Origin: Tubiluchus corallicola
Taxonomy: Eukaryota > Animalia > Priapulida
Reading direction: 5' to 3'
Length of the DNA stretch: 64,000 bases
Assembly: GCA_030141605.1 (NCBI GenBank)
Contig: JAQGDQ010000057.1
Span: 372,001-436,000 of the forward strand
This document shows positions 52,150 through 64,000 of the stretch, in pieces. The notes below the pieces were generated by a model. It did not search any database. It saw nothing but the letters and a program-made list of their open reading frames with translations, and was not told where the DNA came from. Position 1 is the first letter of the stretch. Each line of letters opens with the position of its first letter. The position numbers and the translations under genes were made by a program.

Positions 52150-54539
52150 GAGTTTAGTTTATCAATCTCACTACAGATCTTTGTTCATCAATAATATAAG
52201 AAAGAACAATGTCATATAAATGCTAAAGAACTTCACTTCAAGCCCCACAACAATGATTGGGCTAATAACGGTTCCACAAAAACAGCCGTCCGGGTAACTG
52301 AACTAACGTTCGCAGTTGGAAGTCCGTAAATAAATGAAGGATATTTCCCTGGTTCCTTCTAAGCATCAACAGGATCAGCTGTGAAATGACCTTGAACCCC
52401 GGATGCAGCACATTCCTTCCTAGCTAGCACAAATTTATGAGGGAAATGAAGCCACACAACAACAAGTGTGAACAGAGTTCAACAGGAAGCAGTTGGTAGG
52501 CACCACAGTGAGTCAAACCATGTGGGATATTTGACATATGCACCAGTTTTTGCAAAATGATTTCAACAAAGACCAGATGCAGGATCCAAGGCAAAATCAG
52601 CCATAGACAACAAGTACTCAGTATGGCAAAATAAGCAACAAATAAAAACGGGAACCAACAACAAGAACTAAAACAAAGTATAGGAGCAAAAAAGCGACAA
52701 GAAGGAACTAATACTAACATCAACATTAAAGCAGCCACCATGAGTGAAAAACTGAAATCAGTAGAGGCCAACATGGTGTACATTTTGTGGAAATGAACTC
52801 AAAATTCTACAAAAAAGAAACAACGAATCTCAAAGAGCTAACAAACCAGTCCATCATACACAAAACAACCTGCTGCTTGTGAACTTGGCAGCATACTGCA
52901 TTTTAACAACATTGTTGAATGTGTAGTCAGTAGGCTGTGAACTGTCATACTTCACCGTTTTCAGACTGCTACTTGTAAAATCTGTTGTAGTACCCTACAT
53001 TTTCTGAAACTCAATTATTAAACCACACTCTGACAGCAAAGTTTTCTTTATAATCTGTTGGGCACAATACAGAAATTTAAGTGGTAATTTGCAGCAACTG
53101 TTGATGTAGTTTTATTATTATAATATTGCCAGTCAGTGAATAGGCCCATAGTGGGTGGTGTTTTTGTTTAAGATGAATCCAACAATAAACAAAATTTTAG
53201 CTAATTAACTAACAACAAAGACATGTGGAAGAAACCAGCTTTGGGTATAATTTAAAAACCTAGCTTACACTCCAAAATATAAGTCAACAAACCAATTGTC
53301 AACGAAAGCAAATAGTAGCTAGAAACACCAAACGCTTGTTAAACAATAACAGTTTAGCCTCAGTGACAAAATCCATTACAGACAATAATTACTAATTAAC
53401 AGAAAACCAAAACATGTTGAGAATTTATTATGTAAATAGCTCTGATTTTGCAATATTTACAAAATGTAAGAGATATTGACATTCCATTTCGTGCAAATCA
53501 TGGATGGTTTATTTTATTCAAATTTAGCAAAAATAAGAGCTTGAAATTGTTCTTCAGTGAGAATGGTGTGTACAATGGATTCGTCAGCAAACAAGTTATA
53601 GAATTTTTGCAGTATTTGGATAATGCCCTTTGTTCGCACTTGTTAGGCTGGCTAAATGAAAAGGTCATTAATGTATCACCACCTCTAACACTGTAATAAT
53701 GTGCCTTAGACTTTTACATACGCATGTTATAGGCAACAAATCATTCTGCTGTGAGCATATCACTCACATGCATTTTCTAAAAACTGTTAAAGGCAATCAG
53801 GTGACTAAAAGAAAACAACACCACATAAAATTACGAATTAGTGACACCATATATGTAATAATGAGTTTATTAATGCCTGTGTGTAATTTCACGGCAGGTA
53901 TAGCTAACTGAAAATCTGAAAGTGGTGGCAACATTGTACATGGATTGGACTGGCTGAAAGAATTGTCTCTCAGTTAGGCATTTTGCACATAATGATATTT
54001 GTTTGCTTGAAGTTGTTCTTACACCATTATTAATATAATGTGCATAAAACAGTAACAAACTAGATTTTGTTGTAAAATAATTTTCTGCAAAAGTCTTCTT
54101 GCTTGTACTCCTCGAATTTTCTCATTAAAACTGCTATTTGTTTGTCTCATCCACGAGAAGATTTGCTTCAAGATTAAGTTGAAAAATATAAAGCAGGCCC
54201 AATTGTGTGTAAGAATAAGGCACATCACCTTTCTTCACTCATCTCACTCTCACCAGCAGTTCCCAGGTTTTAGGCATGCAACGATACATTGATGAATCGT
54301 GATATCTTTCATTAGCAATTGACACTATGCTGATAAAAACAATGTGAAGTAATTCAAGCTGCAGCTGTACAGTTTACTGTACATACGTAACAATTAGTGC
54401 AGTGAACAGTAGTTACCTTAATAGTTTGTGGAGTTATCAAAGCATTTAACTATCCTAGAACTGTTGATTAATGAATATGCTTAGCATTTATTATCAACAG
54501 CTTCATCATGTTTTTTATAAAGCCTCCCACTGTTAACTC

Positions 54540-54623
54540 AGATGTGTCGTGATACGTATCGTAACGTGAGGAGAGTATTGTGATATGTATCGTATCGTGA
54601 ACTAGGTGTATCGTTACAGCCCT
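54540..54623. mobile_element. hAT-like MITE terminal fragment
   Basis: Clustered gtatcg/cgatac subterminal motifs end in gtatcgttacagccct. Similar gtatcg-rich remnants lie at about 46590-47045. Confidence 0.45.
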
Positions 54624-55339
54624 ACCAGGTAAGGTAGGTATTGTTCAAACCATTGTTCTCTATAAGCCATATTACCACTACACACTACACACGCACCTAT
54701 GACTCAGATGCCCACTGCTCAGATGGCCAATGTCCAAGTGTCCAGTGCCCGGGTATCTGCTGTCCAAGCTTCCTACAACTAACCCTTTCTTCTAAAGGCA
54801 AGAAAACTTATACCAAACTTTTAAATGAATTGACGGTACTTGATTACGCATTCTACCTTGAGGTTTAAAACAATATGCATTTAGAGACATTACACATTAC
54901 AGATCAAGTGTTTCTGCTAAAAAAGCATGACTTGCTGAAAGATTCACTTAACAATGAACTTTGACCACAGGTCAGTAAAAATACAGAAAATCCTTGAGTC
55001 CAAATATTCCCGTAACCCAAATGTCTGGGACCCCTTTATTCAACATTAGTGCTCTACGAAGATGTAAATTTCAAGCGTACTGTGTTCTTCATAATCACTC
55101 TGTTGTAATTATCATAAAATTTAAAATTTAACTATTATTATTAACTAATATTTAATTTAAAGTTTTACATTTTATACGTTTTAGGTGTAGGTGAGCAAGA
55201 GAGGTTGTGCATATGTGCTTAGCATCATCTGTATATATGTAGACATTTTTAGTATCAAGTTAACAGAATTATTATATTAACAGAAGAGTCAATTAAATTA
55301 CTGTATGCTACCGCTTTAAACTGTTTAAACCACGCATCT

Positions 55340-57230
55340 CAACTGGTCCGCTTCGGAGTTACAACCGGTGGGACTGCTTAATGAATATGAAGGACACAAG
55401 AGAGTCAATTAACTGGAAATGGAAAGAAGTCGTAATGAAAAGAGCGGATGAAAGACAGCCAAGTGACCGTGAGTTTGCGACACATTTTGAAATGCTTCTA
55501 AATACCAGTAGGCATGACGGAAGCAGCTTATAAGATCTACTGGGCGACAGAGACTTTTTGTTTGTACCTGTTCTTGACGACCCAATATCAATGGAAGAAA
55601 TTGCATAACAAATCCAGGAACAGGACCCAGGTAAAGGTGTCAGAGGCGGCATGGATGAATTTTTTGTCAAATGACAGGTTAGTTTTACTGGTTTATCTCT
55701 TCAATAAGGTTTTTATCAATAATGGGTTCCCGATTACATAGGCAATAGCTAAACTGGTTGTTATTTTTAAGAAGGGAAATATTGCAAACTGTAGTAATTA
55801 CCGAGGTATACATATCATCATTCATAGCCTTTGTAAAATATATGACAGTATACTGGTAGTTATGGGCAAACAATGAAAATGAGCAATCAAGGGCACAACC
55901 AGGAAGCTGTTGTGAAGAGCACACCTTAGCAGTCAGGTTAATGATTGACTCTGCAATCCAGATGAAAGGGAAACTTTACACAGTCTCTGTTGACTTTGAA
56001 AAGGCGTACGATCGTGTAAACAGAAAGAAGTTACTCAATTGTTTAGTGTCGCACGGATGTGGAGGCCACATGTTAAGTGCAATCGCTGCAATGTATGATT
56101 CAACAAAAAGCCTGTTAGGAACAAATGTAATTACCTATAATGGAGGTGTAAAGCAAGGCTCCCGGAGCTCATGCATCCTGTTCTGCATCTATGCCAATCC
56201 ACTTATAACATCATTGAAAGCCATTGGTACGAAAGATTGGTTAGGGGATTCACATATATGCCTAATGATAGATGACACAGCTATACGGACATCAAACCAT
56301 GAACAATGTAACACCAAGCTGGAGCAAGATGAAGACTCAGTTCATGGTGGTAAATGGTAGTTGATGAGCAACATATAACAATGACAGATTTCCAAATTAA
56401 GCGTACATCTACATGTATTTATTTAGGAGCTACTATCACAGATGAAAGGAAGACTGATTCAATAGTCAAGCATCATATGCAAGAAAAAAATGCACATATT
56501 TTGAAGTTTTATGCTTTCTTGAGGAAAACGAGATTTTCTTTATTATGTGAAGAAAAGAGTCCTAGATAGTGCATAATTGACGGCAACAGTCTATAGTTCC
56601 CAGAGTTGGATTACTGATAATAGGACTTATATGCCTTGCTCTACGCATATTGGATTAATCGGGCTGTAATGACCTTGCTTTAATAGAATCTGGATACTCA
56701 GCTCCTATATTTTGGCCACGGTCTAAGTAGCAGAAAACAAGGGCAAAGCTTATGAGAAATGCTTTTCGACACAAACCTTTAATGAAAACTGTTGCCATAA
56801 CAAAAAATGCAGGCAGCAAACTTCTTAGCAAATTCAGCTTGAACAGCTTCAGGCAAATATCCAGCTAGACTACCTACGGCAGCACAAACTTCTTAGATGT
56901 CTTGAACAGCTTCAGGCAAATTACCAGCTAGATTCTCTACAGCAGCAGAGAGGTCTGTTGGAACATAAGGAGTAAGGTAAATTCTACACATCGTGTAACC
57001 TACTTGGAATTGAACCCCAGTCTTAAAGCTCCTTGTTTTACATCAACAGTATTTGAGCACCATCAGATAAACTTTACAAGAATGCGTCTTCAATCACATC
57101 AGCTACAGATAGAAATGGGTAGACAGGTGAGACAGCCAAGAGACAATAGGTTATGTCCCTTTGGGGACATTCAAACTGAGAAACATGTTATACTGAGCGA
57201 CTGCATTACTGAAGCCATTACACAGTGAAA
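55340..57230 (+). mobile_element. Decayed 5'-truncated non-LTR retrotransposon RT region (clade uncertain, RTEX/L2-group-like)
   Basis: Motifs LDDPISMEEI, IFKKG...NYRGI, VDFEKAYDRV, GVKQG, LMIDDT, YLG and C-terminal RLQSHQLQIEMGR...RLC...TEKHVI...C. Multiple stops and frameshifts; small internal duplication at about 56810-56945. Confidence 0.88.
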
Positions 57231-60200
57231 AATGATGCTTTTAGCAACTTTTTATGTTCATTGGAAAGGGCTAATTTTTTGCTCTCATGCCAATGCTGGA
57301 GTGCCTCTACTGGAGGTTTGCTGAACTAACAGATGTTTTACCACGTCACTGCATTTGGAGTTAAACAGTAAAACAGAATCGTATTATGCCATTTGCCAAC
57401 GAGTCTACCCACTCAATGAAAATTGTTGTAGAATTTCTGTTCAAAACTTACATTATAAAATGTATAACTGATCAGTTCTGCTTATAGAACATTTCGCTCA
57501 TAGATTTACCAATGTGTTCTTTAAAAAGTTTATGTATAGGCATAACATTGTTTCTAATGCTGTAGCTTGAGTAGAAAATGTGCGCAAAGTAACATTTGGA
57601 CTAAAATCACTAATGTATCCATCGTAGCATTTACTTCATTGTTTATGTATACATGTAATTTGATTTGGTCAATGAACTACATACATACATAGAATTCTTC
57701 CAGTATAATTAATTGTGATTAAATACTAACTATTATACTTATATCAATTTATTGCTTATTCAACCAGTTTCCTATTAATAGTGAGTCCAGTAGTAAATAT
57801 TGGGGTGGCTGACTCGTTAACTTATGGTCATTCGCCTCCCCTCCACCTATGTATATAGTAATGAAAATTATTATGTTATATTTTGTTTCAATTTTTGTGA
57901 CGTTATACTAATATTTTTTACTATTGAAACTTTACATTTACATTGAAACATTTTTTATAAGTGAAAAATGAATAAATTCTAATTCTAATAAATATATTTT
58001 CGTTATTAGTAATATGCTGTTGGTTTCCTCTTATTTAAACTACCTTCTATTATTTTGATAATACATGACACAACACATGTAACAGTATTAAGATAATTAT
58101 AACAAGTATTCAGTTATAGTTAGCCCAATCTATTACACATTGTGACATGGACACGTAATATGAAAAACACTACTTACTGAAGTCAGTCTGTACTCTCAAA
58201 GGTGACAAAGATAAACCCGCTATTTTTGCAGACTTTCTAGTAGGCGTACATGATTTAGTTGCATTCTCCCTAATATTGTGCGACTGATTCCTGTCACAGA
58301 TCGCAAGATTTTCCAGGTTCTCATCTGTCATGTTTTACTGAAATGAAAGCAGCAATCAGAAAAAATGATATGACAAAAAGACTCCAAGCCTAGGTTTTAT
58401 TCTGTGAAAAAATAAAGTCAGGTTCGTCATGAAAATCAGACTGGACAGAACACTCGTAATCACTCCCATGCTCTTGTTTCATAGCACTATTCCTCAAGGG
58501 CACAGTTTTTGATTAATTTAAGGATGCAGCTGGTTGTTACTTAATGGCCTGTTCAGCAGTATGAAGTTCTGCCTGTGCTACAGTTGCTTCTTGGACAACA
58601 CATGCATGCTGAGGATAAAACTGTGTTAGTAATTAATATTTGTAACATATAATTTTTCCCTTGTATAAGCCTGACTTTGTGCTAGTGAAAAGGAATAAAA
58701 AATAAATTCAGTGGTCATTAATTCAGTTACTTTATATATTAGCAGAGATGATTATATTTATACTATCTAATATAGTCTGGCTATTTACTTGTGAAAAAGC
58801 AAAAATATATGCCAGATGTATTAGGTGCACCCTGGCCTTTCTTTATAACAAACCAAATTACCAAGAAACAGTAAATTTATTTTACATCCCATACATATAA
58901 TATAGTGACAGTGCTATACGCCTCTAAATTTACTTGAACATTTTAGACATCTACTGCAACACTTGCCCGTTGGCTTTTGCTATTTTTACTATGTCTTTTT
59001 CCTCTACTGATTGACAATTTATCAACAAATTTTCAAGCATTTGTAAAATTTTCGCCAAAGCCATTCTTTTCACAAAATTTGTTAAGTTTTTCGTTTTTTG
59101 CATCAACAGATTTAAACTTGTATCGTAAAACACCATTTGTAGCAGTGAATATACATTGTACCTCAGTTTGCTGCAGGAATAGAATTTCACGCTCCTGCAC
59201 ACACTGCATAATACTGTACACACTATTAATGACAAATGCTCACTCACAAAGACTCTTTAAACTCTGAACACTGGATATGCGTGTAATTTAAATATCTATG
59301 TTATGCAAATACGATGTCACATAACATGGCGAGGTTGGGACACTACAGCAGAAGATCTAAAATGAAAGCAAACGGGTCTTTTAACTTGAGTATGATATGC
59401 ACCTTAAGATTGAAAAAACTAATGTAATTCTTTAAGGTATTTTTTGAAACCTACTTCAAAGACCCCTTTTCTTGTCCTAGAATTATAGAATTAAATAATA
59501 TTTATAATCATAATGATTTTTAATGATTAATTATAACTTTGAAAATACCTCCAGCTCCTCCATGCCCTTGTGTGTTTTTATTTTTAATATATAAGAATGT
59601 AGATTTCAAAACGGCTTACATCTACCATGTGAAAAAGGTAAAAGTAAGCAATGTACAAATCTGCATATCAAAGTTTAAATTGGTTATTTATAAAATCACA
59701 GATATTTGCCAAATCGATTAGTGTTACAAATTTTTTTGTATGCATTTGTATAAACCTTAGTACCATTTTACGTTCATGTGATTTTAATTTATCAGTGTGC
59801 ATTTCAGTTAAATTTTACTTTGGATATTTAATTAACAGCTTCGTAGCATTTGAAGTAATAGAAGCAATTTTGTTAGTGTAATTCTACAATCAGGTGTTTT
59901 CCTGTTCACTAACTCAACATGAAGTAAATCTATTTAACACTTCCTAGAGATGCTGGGCTCGTTGTTAATTAGGTGTTACATAGTTCGACAAATTAGAGAA
60001 CAATGCTGCTTAGAAACTGGATTAAGCCAGGTATTACATAAGACAGTTAATATATAATGTACTATTACACTATTACTAGTATTACTCAGTACCGTAGTAT
60101 TACTTAGTACTGTTAGTCTTACATATAATGTGGTGTGGTACATTGAGGAGCTTGGAGGTCTTTCTATCTTTTTTCTTACTACACCGCGGTAAATAGTTTT

Positions 60201-62982
60201 TTTGCACTGGATGAAATTTCGTGCTAGCGCGACATTTACAAATTGACACTAGCAGACAGCACAGCCATGTGTTAGACTTAGAGCCTTCAAGTTGATGAAA
60301 TTAACGTACTACCACGAAGAAGTCAATCCACGTGAATTCATATAAAACTCGCATTAGTTTTTGCCAACTACCTTCATTATAACACTGTCTCGAAAATTAG
60401 CTAAGAATCAGATTTTAAAAAATTGAGAAAAATCATTAACTAAACACGAAAAAATTGGATAGCTAACAACAGAAACAGGAAATCTTTGCGCGCTATTATT
60501 CTGCAGCTCTAACTCTTCACGAAAATTCAACGTTTTTTCACGACTGGACCTGTCAAATTATTACGCTCGCCGTTGGCTTTCTCTAATTAGTTACCAATGA
60601 GAACAGCAGAACAGATAGAGCAACGAAGACACTACGTGGAACGTATCTCTCAATTGCTTTTTCGGAATTTTGTAATCATTTTGTAGGTCAATTGACTATT
60701 TTGCCAATAAAAGCTCTTTTGTAGAATTTTCACTTTCAAAGTTGGCCTAATGTAAGTTAAATGTTCTATTTTTTCATATATTTATCAAATACATCCACAA
60801 CAATCATTACAGCATGGCAGTTCCAAAGTATTTAATAAGATATTTTTATGTACCAAAGATGCTAAGCTGCAAATGTGCCTTGGGGTACTGAGTCAAATAT
60901 TAATGGCATACAACCAAGCTCCTTGATGATGATGATGATAAACATAAAAATTGTAATCATAGGTAAATGACAACCACAATAACTACAACAAAAAGAATGG
61001 TGGTGGTGACAACTATAAGGACAATGATGCTGTTATTGTTTGAAATAGACTCCAACCTTTGTATACTGCGTGTTCTTTTAACAATTTCGTAATAATAATT
61101 ACTATTACGATATTTATCATTTAAATAGTAGTTAGTGATGTTTGTATCGCTTTACAGATTTATGCAAGACAAGTGCAGTGATATCTCTTCTCAGAGAATG
61201 TCCATTGTATCTATATTTTGTACTGTATCTTGACATAAAGAAAACCACTGACATTTGAGAACAACATACAACAATGTGGTAAGCTCATTTTGTATTTAAT
61301 GTGGTATAGTTTGATTGTTTGTGTAGTGGATGCATCGGTCCTTTTTTGGTTTTAATTTAGTTTTACCGTTACCGTCGAAGGATAGAGGTTAAGCATGCCA
61401 CGGTGCTGCCACCTGTTTTCAATTACTGCCACGATGCTGCCACCTGTTTGTTCATTTAGTAGGCATATAGCTTTTTACAGTAGTCACTTTTTTAAAATTG
61501 AAGCACCTAATATCCTTCAATGCATTAGCATTTTGGCCTTTCGTGAGCTATAGCTGTAGTAGTTGTACGATGTTTTACCTGTCTTTTAATTTTCTCCGCC
61601 ATTGCTCTATTTTCTTAGGCATTATGACTGTGAATTTCTTACGAATTTATTGTTGTGACATTGTTGTTCTTAAGGCTACTTGGAGTTCTCATTCCTGATT
61701 TTGTAACTGTTAAAGGCTCTAACAACGAAGTTATTATTAACTAAATTCAATATAGTCTACATAATTTTTATATCAGTTCTTAGCTATAGCAATACATTTA
61801 ATCATGCAACTAATTTTCTTCTACTCGATGCAAATTAAACTAAATGTTAATAATTGTATTTCAGAATAAAGAAACTTTGGTCAACACGTTAAACTGGTGT
61901 TTGTATCCATTTCAGTTTGCTTACCAAATGCTTTGTTTGTTGTTGGTCTTAATTAAGATAACATATTTTCTGCAGGACGTTTCGTATTTTGACTTTTGCT
62001 TTACACTCAGTTATATAAATCTGGTATTTTGTATTCATAGTTGGCTCAATTTGACAGTTGTGTTTGCTTACTGAATCTTGTTGTTTATTGACTGTGTTAA
62101 TTAAGATTGACATCTTTGTATGGCATTTTTGGCTGCTTTTTGACTGGCGATGGGCACAAGTCGCGCTGGAAACGTATCAGTAATAGGGATGTGAATTTTA
62201 AGCAATATCAGGGGTTTTTGTTTATGTCTCACCATTTTCAAAATTCCTGAATCTATATGCAAAACTCAACAATATCAACTGTGGCACTCTACATAATATT
62301 ATAAAGGTAGTTTTATTTCACGGGTAATAATTAAGTGCCAAACACAATCACATGGCAAACTAGAAAACACAAGAAAGAACATGAATTTATGTGAAAATTC
62401 CACCAAGGTGAATACAAATAAATACGATAATACTAAAAATTTTATATCCAAATCATGACACACAAAATACATTATACCCAAAACAACACTGATTATCGCA
62501 TTCAAGGATGCAAATGCTTTAAGACACATCAAATACACTAACTTTATCTATTGTAACTAGAAATCAATCTGAATAATTTCACTAAACTTCAACTGTGTCA
62601 GGCGAGGCACATCTTATAATCTGCACAACAATAAAAATAGTTATGTTACTTCTTGGTCTACAACTTCTGTTCAATGGTTCAATTTACTAGTCTTGTAAAT
62701 ATTACATCTGCATTTTCAAGCAATAGAAACATGGTGGTAAGAATAGATTTGGTATACCACTAAAAAGAATCATAATTAGTGTTAAGTTCAAGTGTAAACA
62801 GAGGTGTTAACTGCCTCTTGCACTTGTATAATTAATTATCACAATTTCAGACAAAAGTAAATTTATATGATCATCAAGCTATTTTATCTAGCGATGGTTT
62901 GAAGTTACTCGACACACACTTTGCAAGTGCAACCTTGAATCTGCTTGTTTTCACTAAAAATGTAATAACCACGAACAAACAC

Positions 62983-64000
62983 TTATAGTACTGGTCTTAC
63001 TTTTATGTGGCAACTAGAATGACAGAAAAGATAAAATATACTCCAACTCAAGATACAAAGTGTGATTAGTCCAACTACTAAAGCAATTACCCAAAAATTG
63101 TTTATGAGACCAATACCACCAGTCTGCCTTTCGATGTTGTTTTGCATTTTTCTTGGATCACAACAAACAATTCCACAAGATGCAAACTCACAGCATTTTT
63201 CGTTTGAGAGACAGTCATAATCGTGACTGCATTGCCGAGTTGGGCATGAACTGTTCATGTCGTAGTGCATATCTGGACAAGCCCCTTCATGACGAGCAGT
63301 AGAATCAGCAGTTGAAACTTCTGTGAGCTGTTTACTTTGAACAGTATCATCCACGGTCATTTCACAGTCATAACCTGTAAACACTGGAGGACATCGACAC
63401 ATGTAAAAATTGTTACCACTTATACACGATCCACCATTCAAGCAAGGATTTGAAATACATTTATTGATAGTTTCACATGTCTTTCCTGTGAATCTTGGTG
63501 GGCATGAGCAGATGTAAAAACTTTCAAAGCTTGCACAAGAACCACCATTTAGGCATGGATTTGGTAAACATTTATCAACAATTTCACAAGAATTTCCTCT
63601 GAATCCCGATAGGCAAGAACACGTATACAAATCACTACCACTTATACATGATCCACCATTCAGGCATGGATTTGGTATACACTTATCGACAATTTCACAG
63701 TTTTTTCCCGTAAAACCTACTTGACACTTGCACATATAGAAATTATCTCCGCTGGCACAAGAGCCACCGTTTAAACAAGGAATTGGCGTATCTCCTTTAC
63801 CAGCAATTTGACAGTAATTTTCAGCCTCTTTTATCTCGCATTTTTCTCCCTTATATCCCTGAGCACAGGAACACTTGTAGGAACCTGCTATCTCATCACA
63901 TGTTCCTCCGTTAAGGCAAGGTTGAGCAAAGCACATGCGCTCATCTTCGCAGTTCCGGCCCATATACTGTTCGGGACAAATGCAGTTATAACTATCCACA
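62983..64000 (-). CDS. Single-pass membrane protein with at least 6 Notch-type EGF repeats + WAP four-disulfide domain (5' end outside the window)
   Basis: Uninterrupted 338-codon frame: 1 partial and 5 complete EGF repeats (PCLNGG(S/T)C...Y.C.C...F.G..CE), an S/T-containing linker, a WAP cysteine pattern (63291-63154), a hydrophobic helix FWVIALVVGLITLCILSWSIFYLF (63096-63025) and a short tail ending VRPVL. Confidence 0.9.
   Translation of the reverse strand, partial: VDSYNCICPEQYMGRNCEDERMCFAQPCLNGGTCDEIAGSYKCSCAQGYKGEKCEIKEAENYCQIAGKGDTPIPCLNGGSCASGDNFYMCKCQVGFTGKNCEIVDKCIPNPCLNGGSCISGSDLYTCSCLSGFRGNSCEIVDKCLPNPCLNGGSCASFESFYICSCPPRFTGKTCETINKCISNPCLNGGSCISGNNFYMCRCPPVFTGYDCEMTVDDTVQSKQLTEVSTADSTARHEGACPDMHYDMNSSCPTRQCSHDYDCLSNEKCCEFASCGIVCCDPRKMQNNIERQTGGIGLINNFWVIALVVGLITLCILSWSIFYLFCHSSCHIKVRPVL

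Noticed and set aside
58900-59280. Overlapping short ORFs faintly like a YqaJ/transposon-associated nuclease region
   Set aside because: Diagnostic residues are missing and the frames are broken; it cannot be supported without a profile search.
63997-63999. Listed start codon of the 338-aa ORF
   Set aside because: It is a GTG in the middle of an EGF repeat at the window edge; the true start lies outside the window.

Overview
This is AT-rich, intron-rich eukaryotic DNA, apparently from an invertebrate animal; the taxon cannot be fixed from sequence alone. Three protein-coding genes are visible. (1) A complete 7-exon eIF3f gene lies on + (5895-12800, 272 aa). (2) A convergent AMP deaminase (AMPD2-like) gene lies on -, with 15 shared exons (37168-15683), up to three alternative phase-1 first coding exons (ATG at 42478, 45929, 52149) and a candidate 84-nt cassette exon. 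(3) The 3' part of an intron-free ORF on - encodes Notch-type EGF repeats, a WAP four-disulfide domain and a transmembrane helix (62983 to window edge). Introns and intergenic DNA hold decayed LINEs (CR1/L2-group, L2, RTE-like), MITEs, a foldback-like element, candidate solo LTRs, a tRNA-derived SINE head and many short local tandem duplications. The most notable observations are the EGF-WAP-TM protein, the alternative AMPD N-termini, a duplicated decoy splice acceptor in front of the AMPD zinc-binding exon, and a MITE carrying two nuclear-receptor DR1 motifs next to an alternative first exon. All exon calls were made by eye from homology motifs, GT-AG sites and phase continuity; no database searches were run. 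I see no prokaryotic systems such as CRISPR arrays or operons.
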